Of a stretch of DNA of 64,000 bases, positions 39,671-49,531 are shown one piece after another. The DNA is from Candidatus Gastranaerophilaceae bacterium (GTDB lineage Bacteria; Cyanobacteriota; Vampirovibrionia; Gastranaerophilales; Gastranaerophilaceae), in assembly GCA_045636305.1 (NCBI GenBank), contig JAZTXF010000047.1, forward strand, positions 1,658 through 65,657. The letters are read 5' to 3'. The notes under the pieces were generated by a model. That model was not told the origin of the DNA and ran no database searches. It saw only the letters and a list, made by a program, of their open reading frames with translations. The stretch's first letter is position 1. Each line of letters starts with the position of its first letter. The translations under genes were made by a program, and so were the position numbers.

Positions 39671-40600
39671 ATGCCAAATTTAAAAGACATAAAAGACAGA
39701 ATAAATAGTATTTCAAGTACTCAAAAAATCACAAAAGCTATGAAGATGGTAGCTGCTGCAAAGGTTAAAAAATCAGAAAACGCAGTAAAAGCATCTCGTC
39801 CATTTACGAGAGAAATGGCTAATATGTTTATTCGACTTTTAGATAGTGTGGAAAATGATTATTCCGTATCTGGTCTAAAAGTAGAAAAAGGAATTGATAA
39901 TTATCCTGAATTGTTAAAAAAGCGAATTAGAAAAAATGTAGGTATATTAGTTATAACTTCTAATAAGGGACTTGCTGGTGCGTATAATGCCAATGTTGTA
40001 AGATATGTTTTGAAGCTTGTAGAAGAGTATAATTCGCAAGGTGTTGGGACAAAACTTTTTGTCATAGGGCAAAGAGGGTATAATTCTTTAAAGCACCAAG
40101 TGGATCGTTATGGCTTTGAAATAAAGAAATTTTATCAAAATTTTCCTACTAATATTACAGGACCTTCCGCAACAGTAGTAGCTGAAGATATGGCTCAAGC
40201 TTTTGTAGATAACGAAATTGACGAGATAGAAATTGTTACTACGCGTTTCAAAAATATGATGAGTTACAAAGTTGAACAGTGGCAGATTTTGCCTGTTATA
40301 CTAGATAAAGATATTGATAAGACTGATCATAAATTAGATCCGCTTATGACATTTGATACTGATGCAAACAGTATTTTGCAAAAGCTTATGCCTTACTATA
40401 TTTCAAACATAATTTATCAGGCTTTGTTAGAGGCTACGGCTAGTGAATTAGCATCAAGAATGACCGCAATGTCATCAGCAACACAAAGCGCTCAAGATAT
40501 GATTAGAATGCTTACTGTTGATTACAACAAAGCAAGGCAAGCTGCTATTACGAATGAAATATCTGAGGTTGTTTCAGGAGCGGATGCATTAAAGAACTAG
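39671..40600 (+). CDS. atpG: F1 ATP synthase gamma subunit
   Basis: IKDRINSISSTQKITKAMKMVAAAK and C-terminal ITNEISEVVSGADAL. Confidence 0.95.
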   Translation: MPNLKDIKDRINSISSTQKITKAMKMVAAAKVKKSENAVKASRPFTREMANMFIRLLDSVENDYSVSGLKVEKGIDNYPELLKKRIRKNVGILVITSNKGLAGAYNANVVRYVLKLVEEYNSQGVGTKLFVIGQRGYNSLKHQVDRYGFEIKKFYQNFPTNITGPSATVVAEDMAQAFVDNEIDEIEIVTTRFKNMMSYKVEQWQILPVILDKDIDKTDHKLDPLMTFDTDANSILQKLMPYYISNIIYQALLEATASELASRMTAMSSATQSAQDMIRMLTVDYNKARQAAITNEISEVVSGADALKN

Positions 40601-40878
40601 TCTTCATTTTTGTAAGCGGAGGAAATTATTTCAGGTTTTTGATTATAGCTTTCTACAAAATGAAGGTAGCGTTCCATTCTAATTTTGAACCAATCGAGCA
40701 TTGTAATTGATCCGTAAACTTCAATTACTCGTGTACGGATTAGGTGTTTGAATGTTTTGCTGTAAGACTCTTCTATATAAGTTTTGCACTTACAGTTTAA
40801 TTCTTCGATTAGATCATATAATGTTTTTAACCAAGCTGCTTCAACATCAGCCTCATTTACACGATATTCTAGAATCAT
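40597..40878 (-). CDS. Orphan 93-aa protein downstream of a sigma-28-type promoter
   Basis: Clean ORF. No motif recognised. Its stop shares the CTAG tetranucleotide with the atpG stop on the other strand. Confidence 0.55.
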   Translation of the reverse strand: MILEYRVNEADVEAAWLKTLYDLIEELNCKCKTYIEESYSKTFKHLIRTRVIEVYGSITMLDWFKIRMERYLHFVESYNQKPEIISSAYKNED

Positions 40879-40913
40879 ACTTTCATTAACCTTGAAAATC
40901 TGCTACTATATAT

Positions 40914-40940
40914 TTATCGACATTTATTAGAAAAACTTTA
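40914..40940 (-). promoter_or_regulatory. Sigma-28-type promoter (minus strand)
   Basis: The reverse complement reads TAAAGTTT-N11-GTCGATAA. The -10 element ends 35 nt upstream of ATG 40878. Confidence 0.65.
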
Positions 40941-41015
40941 ATAAAAGAGGGATTATTTATTAATAATTATAACATATTTTTTTAACTTTTAAATTCAATA
41001 GTTTGTGGAGTATTG

Positions 41016-41363
41016 ATGAAAATAAAAATAACTAAATATTCAGATGTTTTATGTGAAAATGCGTTATGGGCTAAAGATTTTTTTTCAAGAATGATAGGTC
41101 TTTTAGGAAGAAAATCATTTGGGGAAATCGATGGATTATTGATTTCTCCATGTTCTCAGATACATTCTATAGGAATGAAATTCAACTTTGATGCTGTTTA
41201 TTTGGATAATACATATCGTATTATTGAGCTTTATCAGAATGTTGGTAAAAATCGAATTATGCCTTATAATGTAGCTGTGAAAAATATTTTAGAATTACCA
41301 ATAGGGACAATATCTGAGAAAAAATTAGGTGTTGGCGATGTGCTCAAGATTATTAATAAATGA
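41016..41363 (+). CDS. DUF192 family protein
   Basis: FFSRMIGLLGRK...GLLISPCSQIHSIGMKFNFDAVYLD pattern. ATG at 41016 follows GTGGAG. Confidence 0.6.
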   Translation: MKIKITKYSDVLCENALWAKDFFSRMIGLLGRKSFGEIDGLLISPCSQIHSIGMKFNFDAVYLDNTYRIIELYQNVGKNRIMPYNVAVKNILELPIGTISEKKLGVGDVLKIINK

Positions 41364-43176
41364 AAAAATAAAAGAACAATTAGCTTTTTTACCGACAAGT
41401 AGTGGGTGTTATCTATACTATGATGAGAATGATGAAATAATCTATGTAGGCAAGGCAAAAAATATTAAACGCAGAGTTTCTAGTTATTTTAATAAACATC
41501 ATGATTCAGCTAAATTAAATGTTTTGGTCCCTAAAATAGAGAAGATAGAATACATAGTTACCCATACAGAAATTGAAGCATTAATATTAGAATCTACCTT
41601 GATTAAAAAACATAAGCCTAGATACAATATTTTGTTAAAAGATGATAAAAAATTTCCATATTTTGTAATTACTGATGAAGATTACCCAAGAATAATTATA
41701 GCAAGAAAAAGTAATATAAATAAGGAAAAAGGTAGGTATTTTGGACCATATACTGATTCAAGAGCAATGTACACAACGCTTGAATTAATGAAAAAAATTT
41801 TCCCATTGAAACAATGTAAAACACCGAAATTTAAAGATAGACCTTGTATGTATTACCAAATTGGTAGGTGTATGGCTCCTTGTCAGCAAAAGATAAGTAG
41901 CGATGAATATAAAAAATTAATCAAATCAGTTGAATTATTTTTGTCAGGAAAACAGCAAGAATTAGCAGTAAAATTGTTAGATGAGATGAATAAATATTCA
42001 CAAAAACAAGAATATGAAAAAGCTGCACGCTTTAGGGATAGCTACATGGATGTTACGAAAACATTAGAAAGACAAAAGGTCGTTTTTGAAAATACTAATA
42101 TTAATAATGATATCGTAGCAATTTCTTCAAAAAATGGACTTTTCGCTCTTGTTGTTTTGCAAATTCGTTCAGGACGGTTAATTAATCGAAAAGATTTTTC
42201 ATATACTGCGAGTGTTTTGGATACAGAAGAAGAAATTATGAATTTCTTTTTGAAGGATTATTATCAGAGAGCTACAGAAAATGAGATTCCTAAAAAAATA
42301 TTATTACCAAAAGTCTTTAAAACAGAAAATATTGACGTTTACTCAGAATTTTTGAATAGAAAATTTTCAAAAAAAGTGGCTATTTCAATAATTAAGTCTA
42401 AAAAAGATATGCAATTATTAGATTTAGCTAATAAAAATGCTGATTTGTTATTGGATAAACTAATAAGAGAACAAAAAGCTGATGTCGCAGCGAATTACAA
42501 CGAGATAGGTGCATATTTAAAAGAGAAATTAAAATTAAAACACTTTCCTCACAATGTTGAATGTTTTGATATTTCTCATATACAAGGGACAAATACAGTA
42601 GCCTCTATGGTTGTTTTTGAAAATGGAATGCCTATAAAATCAAAATATAGAAAATTTAAAATTCGTTCAGTGGAAGGAAAACCTGATGATTTTAAATCAA
42701 TGGCGGAAGTTATAACAAGACGATATAAAAGGTTAAAAGATGAAAATTTAGAGTTTCCCGATTTGATTATTATTGACGGAGGGAAAGGGCAGCTTTCTTC
42801 TGCTGTAAATATTTTAGAGGAATTAGAAATATATGGTCAAGATATAGTTTCTTTGGCCAAGCGTTTAGAGGAGGTTTTTTTGCCTCATAAATCTCGTTCA
42901 ATTCTTCTTCCTGAAACAACATTAGCTTTACATTTCTTCCAGCAGATTAGGGATGAGGCTCATCGTTTTGCTATTACTTTTCATCGTTCTTTGAGAGCAA
43001 AGTCTGCTGTTAAATCTGAGTTGGATAATATTAAGTATCTTAAAACTGAGGTTAAAGCTTTATTGTTACAAAAATTTAAGTCGGTTCAAACTATTTCTAC
43101 TCGTTCTTTCCAAGAACTTGAGGCTGTTGTAGGCAGTCGTAGTGCCGAAAAAGTTTATAATTTTTTTCATAATTAA
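41338..43176 (+). CDS. uvrC: Excinuclease ABC subunit C
   Basis: GIY-YIG region SGCYLYYDENDEIIYVGKAKNIKRRV, UVR domain, and C-terminal endonuclease plus HhH. ATG at 41338 preferred over the track GTG at 41329. Confidence 0.93.
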   Translation: MCSRLLINEKIKEQLAFLPTSSGCYLYYDENDEIIYVGKAKNIKRRVSSYFNKHHDSAKLNVLVPKIEKIEYIVTHTEIEALILESTLIKKHKPRYNILLKDDKKFPYFVITDEDYPRIIIARKSNINKEKGRYFGPYTDSRAMYTTLELMKKIFPLKQCKTPKFKDRPCMYYQIGRCMAPCQQKISSDEYKKLIKSVELFLSGKQQELAVKLLDEMNKYSQKQEYEKAARFRDSYMDVTKTLERQKVVFENTNINNDIVAISSKNGLFALVVLQIRSGRLINRKDFSYTASVLDTEEEIMNFFLKDYYQRATENEIPKKILLPKVFKTENIDVYSEFLNRKFSKKVAISIIKSKKDMQLLDLANKNADLLLDKLIREQKADVAANYNEIGAYLKEKLKLKHFPHNVECFDISHIQGTNTVASMVVFENGMPIKSKYRKFKIRSVEGKPDDFKSMAEVITRRYKRLKDENLEFPDLIIIDGGKGQLSSAVNILEELEIYGQDIVSLAKRLEEVFLPHKSRSILLPETTLALHFFQQIRDEAHRFAITFHRSLRAKSAVKSELDNIKYLKTEVKALLLQKFKSVQTISTRSFQELEAVVGSRSAEKVYNFFHN

Positions 43177-43288
43177 CAATAAAAAGGCAATTTTTAATTA
43201 TAAAATAACTTTATATAATTGTAGGTAAGGTTATAATTTTTTATTTATATAATTCCTCGTAATATTTATAAGTGTAAAATTGTGTGGT

Positions 43289-43313
43289 AGGCTGATAAGT
43301 TCAGCCTTTTTTC
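43289..43313 (+). terminator. Rho-independent terminator
   Basis: AGGCTGA-TAAGT-TCAGCCT followed by TTTTTT. Confidence 0.8.
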
Positions 43314-43374
43314 TTATTTCAATTTGTGTTATAATCAATCTATTAAGACTTATTATTTAATTGAGGAGAATAAG

Positions 43375-43875
43375 ATGGCTAAAGAATGTAGTTTTGATGT
43401 GGTATCTGAATTTGATAAACAAGAGCTTGTTAATGCTGTAGATCAAACAAAAAGAGATATTTCTCAACGTTTTGATTTGAAAAATACAAATTCAGATATA
43501 GAGTTGGAGTCAGATAAAGCTATTACAATCACAACATCAGATGATATGAAGCTTAGAAATATTTTAGATATTTTGCAGTCAAAGTTGGTTAAAAGAGGTT
43601 TAAGTATAAAAATTCTTGATCCTCAACCACAAGAAAATGCATTGGGTGGCAATGTAAGACAGGTTTATAAGCTTAAAAAAGGTTTGACTCAAGAATTGGC
43701 AAAAAAAATAACAGCTGATATTAAAAATTCAAAAATTAAAGTTCAGGCTTCTATTCAAGGTGAACAGGTAAGAGTATCAGGTAAGGATAAAGATGATTTG
43801 CAAGCTGTTATAAAAATGCTTCGTGAAAATGAAGATAAATATGATGTACCTCTTCAATTTACGAATTACAGATAG
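43375..43875 (+). CDS. yajQ: YajQ/UPF0234 family nucleotide-binding protein
   Basis: MAKECSFDVVSEFDKQELVNAVDQTKRDISQRFDLK. GAGGAG RBS. An extended -10 (TGTTATAAT) lies at 43327-43335. Confidence 0.85.
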   Translation: MAKECSFDVVSEFDKQELVNAVDQTKRDISQRFDLKNTNSDIELESDKAITITTSDDMKLRNILDILQSKLVKRGLSIKILDPQPQENALGGNVRQVYKLKKGLTQELAKKITADIKNSKIKVQASIQGEQVRVSGKDKDDLQAVIKMLRENEDKYDVPLQFTNYR

Positions 43876-43885
43876 GAGCGAAAAA

Positions 43886-44680
43886 ATGATTAGAGTATTA
43901 GTTGTTGGCGCTTGTGGAAAAATGGGACGTGAAGTTGTAAAAGCCGTAACTTCACAAGAAAACATGTCTTTGGTTGGTGCTGTTGATTTGGTAAATGAAG
44001 GACTCGATATAGGTTCTGTAGTTTTAAATAAAGAATTAGGTGTTAAGATTTCATCAAATCTCGAAAAAGCTATTGCAGAGTCAAATCCAGATGTAGCTAT
44101 AGATTTTACACAGCCTTCTGTTATATTTAACAACGCAAAAGTGCTTATAAATAAAGGAGTTAAGCCTGTAATTGGTACAACAGGTTTGAGCGATGAGCAA
44201 GTTGCTGAGTTAAAAGTTTTGTGTGAACAAAAACAAGTTTCAACATTGATAGCTCCTAATTTTACAATTGGAGCTGTGTTGATGATGATGTTTGCAAAAA
44301 AAGCTGCTCAATATTTTGACAATGCTGAAATTATAGAATTACATCATAATAAGAAAAAAGATGCACCTTCTGGAACTGCTGTAAAAACGGCACAATTGAT
44401 GGCAGAAGTTAAAGATAATTTCACTAAAAATAATTGTGCAGAAACAGAATTAATAAAAGGTTCAAGAGGTGGATGCTCATATTCGGATATTCATATACAT
44501 TCTGTAAGAATGCCTGGATACATAGCATCTCAGGAAGTTATATTTGGAGCTTCTGGGCAAATTATGACTATTAGACACGATTCAATGGACAGAGAGTGTT
44601 ATATGTCTGGGGTAATGCTTGCTACAAATTATGTTTTCAGTAATCAAGGATTTGTATATGGACTTGATAATATACTTTAA
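43886..44680 (+). CDS. dapB: 4-hydroxy-tetrahydrodipicolinate reductase
   Basis: MIRVLVVGACGKMGREV, ELHHNKKKDAPSGTA. Confidence 0.92.
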   Translation: MIRVLVVGACGKMGREVVKAVTSQENMSLVGAVDLVNEGLDIGSVVLNKELGVKISSNLEKAIAESNPDVAIDFTQPSVIFNNAKVLINKGVKPVIGTTGLSDEQVAELKVLCEQKQVSTLIAPNFTIGAVLMMMFAKKAAQYFDNAEIIELHHNKKKDAPSGTAVKTAQLMAEVKDNFTKNNCAETELIKGSRGGCSYSDIHIHSVRMPGYIASQEVIFGASGQIMTIRHDSMDRECYMSGVMLATNYVFSNQGFVYGLDNIL

Positions 44681-44737
44681 TTTTTGCCATAAATATGGTT
44701 TTAGAGTATAATAAAGTGGCTGGAAGAGGAATTGAAT

Positions 44738-45463
44738 ATGTTAAATGAATTAAAATATAAAAGGATTTTATTAAAAGTAAGTGGTGAAGCTTTAATGGGC
44801 GAGCAAGAGTTTGGTATCGATCAAGCACCTGTTCAGATGATTGCCAATGAAATTAAAGCTGCTCAAGAAACTGGGGCCCAAGTTGCTGTTGTTGTTGGTG
44901 GTGGAAATATCTTTAGAGGAATGAAAAATTCGGCTAAGTTAGGTATGGACCAAGCAAGTGGCGATTATGTCGGAATGCTTGCAACAGTTATGAATGCTAT
45001 TGCATTGCAAAGTGCTCTAAGACAAATTGGTGTTGATTGTAGAGTCCAAACCGCAATTGATATAAATAAAGTTGCTGAGCCTTATTTAAGATTTAGAGCT
45101 ATTCGTCACTTAGAAAAAGGCAGAGTTGTTATTTTTGCTGCAGGAACAGGTTGTCCTTTCTTTACAACGGATACAGCCGCTTCATTAAGAGCATCAGAGA
45201 TTGGCGCTGAAGTTATGCTTATGGCGAAAAATGGTGTTGATGGAGTTTATTCAGACGATCCTAAAATAAATCCAGCAGCGAAAAAATATTCTAATATTAC
45301 ATATGATGATATTATTGTAAAAGGACTTAAAGTTATGGATACTTCAGCTTGTGCATTATGCAAGCAGAATAACATACCGATTGTAGTTTTTGATTTTGCT
45401 GAAAAAGGCGGAATTATAAAAGTTTTAAAAGGTGAAAATATAGGAACATACGTAGGAGGATAA
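44738..45463 (+). CDS. pyrH: UMP kinase
   Basis: [37 protein letters not shown] at 44738 sits 7 nt after GGAAGAGGA. Confidence 0.93.
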   Translation: MLNELKYKRILLKVSGEALMGEQEFGIDQAPVQMIANEIKAAQETGAQVAVVVGGGNIFRGMKNSAKLGMDQASGDYVGMLATVMNAIALQSALRQIGVDCRVQTAIDINKVAEPYLRFRAIRHLEKGRVVIFAAGTGCPFFTTDTAASLRASEIGAEVMLMAKNGVDGVYSDDPKINPAAKKYSNITYDDIIVKGLKVMDTSACALCKQNNIPIVVFDFAEKGGIIKVLKGENIGTYVGG

Positions 45464-45464
45464 A

Positions 45465-46025
45465 ATGTCATTAGACGAATTATTTTTAGAAGGTGAAGAA
45501 AAAATGGAAAAAGCTGTAAACCAGCTTAAAAAATCGTTTGCATCTATTCGTTCAGGTCGTGCAAATCCGTTGGTTTTGGATAAAGTTGTAGTTGATTATT
45601 ATGGAGCACCTACTCCATTACGTCAAATGTCACAAGTTTCTGTTCAAGATGGAACAACTCTTGTTATTTCGCCGTTTGATAAATCAATTATGAAAGATAT
45701 AGAAAAAGCACTTATTAAAGCTGAATTAGGTGTTACACCTAACTCAGATGGTACTGTTATAAGAATGATTTTCCCACCATTGACTGAAGAACGTAGAAGA
45801 GAAAGTGTAAAAGAAGTTAAGAAATTGGGAGAAGATGCAAAAGTTGCTATAAGAAATATTCGTCGAGATATGACTGATGCTTTGAAAAAATTAGAAAAAG
45901 CTGAAAATCTTCCAGAAGATGCAGTAAAAGATAATCAAGACGAAATTCAAAAACTTACTGACACTTATACAAAAAATATTGATTCAGTTGTAGCTGATAA
46001 AGAAAAAGAGGTTTTAACAGTATAA
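45465..46025 (+). CDS. frr: Ribosome recycling factor
   Basis: FASIRSGRANPLVLDKVVVDYYG, PPLTEERRRE. Confidence 0.95.
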   Translation: MSLDELFLEGEEKMEKAVNQLKKSFASIRSGRANPLVLDKVVVDYYGAPTPLRQMSQVSVQDGTTLVISPFDKSIMKDIEKALIKAELGVTPNSDGTVIRMIFPPLTEERRRESVKEVKKLGEDAKVAIRNIRRDMTDALKKLEKAENLPEDAVKDNQDEIQKLTDTYTKNIDSVVADKEKEVLTV

Positions 46026-46939
46026 TGTCTGTAATAGATACTTTAAAAAAGAATAAGTTGAGGATTATAACAGGTGTCATTATTGGATTTATATCACTAT
46101 TTTGTGTTATAGCAGGTGGTTTTCCTTTAATGATACTTGCTTATATATTCTCGTTCTTCTGCGCTAAAGAATGGGTGCAAATACTTAACAATAAAGGCTT
46201 TTATCCTTTTCTTTCAGTTATATTGAGTGTAAACCTGCTATTTGTTTTAGTTACAACATTTAATAGGCTTGATTTAATGGCACCAGCAATAGCTTTTGGT
46301 ATTATTGCTGCGTTTTGCTCGGTATTGTTTAGAGGGCGTCAACCTTATATTGCGAATGCTGCGACTACAATAGCAGGTTTTATTTATTGTGGTTGGTTGC
46401 CTTGTCACATAATAATGATGCGTCGTTTGGGGACTGAAAGTTTAGGGCTTTTGAGTATTTCAGATAATTTAGGCTTAGGGTTTTTAGTTTTGATGTTTTT
46501 TGCTATTTTGGCAACTGATATTGGCGCTTATTATTCAGGCTCAAAATTTGGTAAAAGACCTTTGTGCCCTGTTGTTAGTCCTAAAAAAACAGTAGAAGGC
46601 GCAATTGGTGGCGGCGTTTTTGCTCTTATTATTTCTTTAATTATTGGACATTTTATTAATTTAGAATGGTATTATTCTTTAGTTGCTGGTTTATTGGTAA
46701 CAGTATTTGCTCAATTAGGGGATTTGTGTGAATCATTAATCAAAAGAGATGCTGGTGTAAAAGATTCTGGTAATTCTTTACCAGGGCATGGTGGTTTTTT
46801 AGATAGGGTTGATAGCTTTATGTTTTCAGCGCCTGTTGCTTATTACTTTTTTAAGTATTTCGTTGTTTCTCATGCCTTGTGGTACGATTTATTAAACTTA
46901 ATTAAGATGGGGTTAAGAGTTGTCGGCTTGGGAAATTAA
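46025..46939 (+). CDS. cdsA: Phosphatidate cytidylyltransferase
   Basis: SPKKTVEGAIGG and GHGGFLDRVDS. Confidence 0.9.
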   Translation: MSVIDTLKKNKLRIITGVIIGFISLFCVIAGGFPLMILAYIFSFFCAKEWVQILNNKGFYPFLSVILSVNLLFVLVTTFNRLDLMAPAIAFGIIAAFCSVLFRGRQPYIANAATTIAGFIYCGWLPCHIIMMRRLGTESLGLLSISDNLGLGFLVLMFFAILATDIGAYYSGSKFGKRPLCPVVSPKKTVEGAIGGGVFALIISLIIGHFINLEWYYSLVAGLLVTVFAQLGDLCESLIKRDAGVKDSGNSLPGHGGFLDRVDSFMFSAPVAYYFFKYFVVSHALWYDLLNLIKMGLRVVGLGN

Positions 46940-47657
46940 TGTAAGTGAATTTGTAAAAACAATTGATTTTTCATTGAAGTGCGCTAAAAAAAATGTGCAT
47001 GAGCTTGATTCAAGGTTGTTTGCAATTGCACTTACTCATTCATCATATGCCGTAGATAATAATTTGGGTTATTTGAATAGTAACGAAAGATTGGAGTTTT
47101 ATGGTGATTCTGTTTTAAAGCTTTCATGTAGTCAGTTTTTGTATGATCTTTATCCAGATGCAGATGAGGGGGTATTAAGTAGTTACAGAGCAGTTTTGGT
47201 AAGCGATTTGTTTTTAGCAAAGTACGTTAAAGAAATAAATTTAGATAAATTTATTTTTGTATCGGATAGACCGGATTTAAAAACGGATAAAGCATATTCT
47301 ACAATATGTGCATGTGCTTTTGAATCAGTTTTGGGGGCTTTTTATATAGAAGTTGGAATAGAACCTGTATATGAATTTTTAAAAAAAATTTTTGAACGAT
47401 ATTTGCCATATGTTAAAGAAAATATTTTAAGGTTGAATGCGAAGGCGACATTACAAGAATATACGCAGGGGCAAAATAAGATGTTACCGGTGTACTCTTT
47501 GGTTAGTGAATTAGGAAAAGAGCACAATAAAGTTTTTTTAGTTGAAGTTTCATATCAAAATAAAGTGGTTGGACAGGGAAGGGGCAAAAGCAAAAAAGAA
47601 GCAGAGCAAGCTGCGGCTTATGATGCTTGTATAAAGTTAGGAGTTATAAATGAATAA
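46920..47657 (+). CDS. rnc: Ribonuclease III
   Basis: LTHSSY, ERLEFYGDSVLKL and a C-terminal dsRBD (KSKKEAEQAAA). The exact start is uncertain: either TTG at 46920 or an internal GTG. Confidence 0.88.
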   Translation: MSAWEINVSEFVKTIDFSLKCAKKNVHELDSRLFAIALTHSSYAVDNNLGYLNSNERLEFYGDSVLKLSCSQFLYDLYPDADEGVLSSYRAVLVSDLFLAKYVKEINLDKFIFVSDRPDLKTDKAYSTICACAFESVLGAFYIEVGIEPVYEFLKKIFERYLPYVKENILRLNAKATLQEYTQGQNKMLPVYSLVSELGKEHNKVFLVEVSYQNKVVGQGRGKSKKEAEQAAAYDACIKLGVINE

Positions 47658-48294
47658 TATAATTATATCGCCATCGATATTGGCTGCAGATTTTGCAAAT
47701 TTACAAAAAGAGATAGAAAAAGTTGAAAAAGCTGGTGCAGATTGGATTCATATTGATGTTATGGATGGACATTTTGTTCCTAATATAACGGTAGGCGTTC
47801 CTGTAGTTAAATCGCTAAAAAAAATCACTAAAATGCCATTAGATATTCATTTAATGATAGAAAATCCATTTGAATATCTACCTGTGTTTATTGATGCAGG
47901 GGCTGATATAGTGACAGTGCATTATGAGGCGTGTTCTGAAATTGTAGATGAAATTATTGAATATGCTAGAATTCGTAATGTAAAAATTGGTTTATCTATA
48001 AAGCCTAAAACACCTGCTCAAGTTATTGAAAAATATTTAGATAAGCTCGATATGGTTTTGGTGATGACCGTTGAGCCCGGTTTTAGCGGACAGGCTTTTA
48101 TAGAAGAAGCTGCATACAAAATTGAGTATATAAAAAACAAGGCGCCAGAGTCTCTTATTATACAAGTTGACGGTGGAATAAATGATAAAACTGCGCAAAT
48201 CTGCAAATTGCTTGGAGCAAACGCTTTGGTTGCTGGAAATTATATATACAAATCTGCAAATGTGTCGCAGACTATTGCTTCATTAAGAGCGTAA
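47650..48294 (+). CDS. rpe: Ribulose-phosphate 3-epimerase
   Basis: ISPSILAADFANL, HIDVMDGHFVPN, MTVEPGFSGQ. Confidence 0.93.
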   Translation: MNNIIISPSILAADFANLQKEIEKVEKAGADWIHIDVMDGHFVPNITVGVPVVKSLKKITKMPLDIHLMIENPFEYLPVFIDAGADIVTVHYEACSEIVDEIIEYARIRNVKIGLSIKPKTPAQVIEKYLDKLDMVLVMTVEPGFSGQAFIEEAAYKIEYIKNKAPESLIIQVDGGINDKTAQICKLLGANALVAGNYIYKSANVSQTIASLRA

Positions 48295-49515
48295 GTGGTT
48301 AATAGCTTCTGATATTTTGACTGTTTGTTGTTTAGAAGTTTCTAAATTTTTAATACTAATTGTATTATTATTTATTTCATCTTCGCCCAAAATTAGAGCA
48401 TATTTTGCAACTTTTGCCGCTTTTTCAAATTGTTTTTTAAATTTTCTTGAGGCATAATCAAAATCGCAAGAAATATTATCTTGGCGTAATTGTTCGCAAA
48501 GCTTTAATGCTTTATTTGGGTATTCTGAAATAATGAAAGCATCTAGTTTTTTATCTTGAGATTTTTCAATTAAAGAATAAAGGCGTTCCATTCCCATTGC
48601 CCATCCGATTGCTGGGGTTTCAGGGCCACCTAGCATAGAAACAAGCCCATCGTAGCGCCCACCGCCACAAACAGCATTTTGTGAACCTAAATTGTTAGAT
48701 TTTATTTCAAATACTGTTCTGTTGTAGTAATCTAAACCTCTTACCAGTTGTTTATTGACGTTATATTTTACATTTAAAGCATTCAAATATTCTTTTAGCT
48801 TTGTAAAATGTTCAGCGCATTCTTCGCAAATAAAGTCAGAATTAATGAGGCTTTGAATTTCATTGTTTGTGAGTAATTCATTACATGAAGGATTTTTGCA
48901 ATCTAAAATACGAAGAGGGTTTTTTTCATAACGAAGTTTACAGTCATCGCAATATTCATCAAGATTTGGTTTAATTAATTCTTTTAATTTGTTTTTAAAG
49001 TTTTCTCTGCATTTGGGGCACCCAAGGGAATTTATTTCAACATTTAAATCATTTAGTCCTAATGCTTTTAAATATTTTACTGCGGTGTTGATGCATTCAG
49101 CATCAGCAATTGGTTCACTAGCACCAAACATTTCAACACCGAGCTGGTGAAATTGACGTTGACGGCCTGCTTGCGGTCTTTCATATCTAAACATTGCGCC
49201 TTTGTACCATAATTTTACGGGTGGTGTTAATCTGTGTAGTCCATTTTCAATATAAGCTCTTACAACGCCTGCTGTATTTTCTGGACGTAGTGTTATTGAG
49301 CGGTCAGCTTTTTCAAAAGTGTACATTTCTTTATTTACAATATCAGTTGAATCACCTACTCCTCTAGCAAATAGCTCAGTGGCCTCAAATATTGGTGTTC
49401 TAATTTCTTGAAAATTAGCATTGTTAAATATTTCAAGTGCTTTTTGTTCCATCATTTGCCAAGTTTTTGAATCTTGAGGAAGTATATCTTTTGTACCCTT
49501 TTGTGCTTGTATCAT
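48283..49515 (-). CDS. hisS: Histidyl-tRNA synthetase
   Basis: KGTKDILP, MFRYERPQAGRQRQFHQ, GGGRYD. Confidence 0.93.
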   Translation of the reverse strand: MIQAQKGTKDILPQDSKTWQMMEQKALEIFNNANFQEIRTPIFEATELFARGVGDSTDIVNKEMYTFEKADRSITLRPENTAGVVRAYIENGLHRLTPPVKLWYKGAMFRYERPQAGRQRQFHQLGVEMFGASEPIADAECINTAVKYLKALGLNDLNVEINSLGCPKCRENFKNKLKELIKPNLDEYCDDCKLRYEKNPLRILDCKNPSCNELLTNNEIQSLINSDFICEECAEHFTKLKEYLNALNVKYNVNKQLVRGLDYYNRTVFEIKSNNLGSQNAVCGGGRYDGLVSMLGGPETPAIGWAMGMERLYSLIEKSQDKKLDAFIISEYPNKALKLCEQLRQDNISCDFDYASRKFKKQFEKAAKVAKYALILGEDEINNNTISIKNLETSKQQTVKISEAINHLRS

Positions 49516-49531
49516 TGTTTTTTCCTTTATA

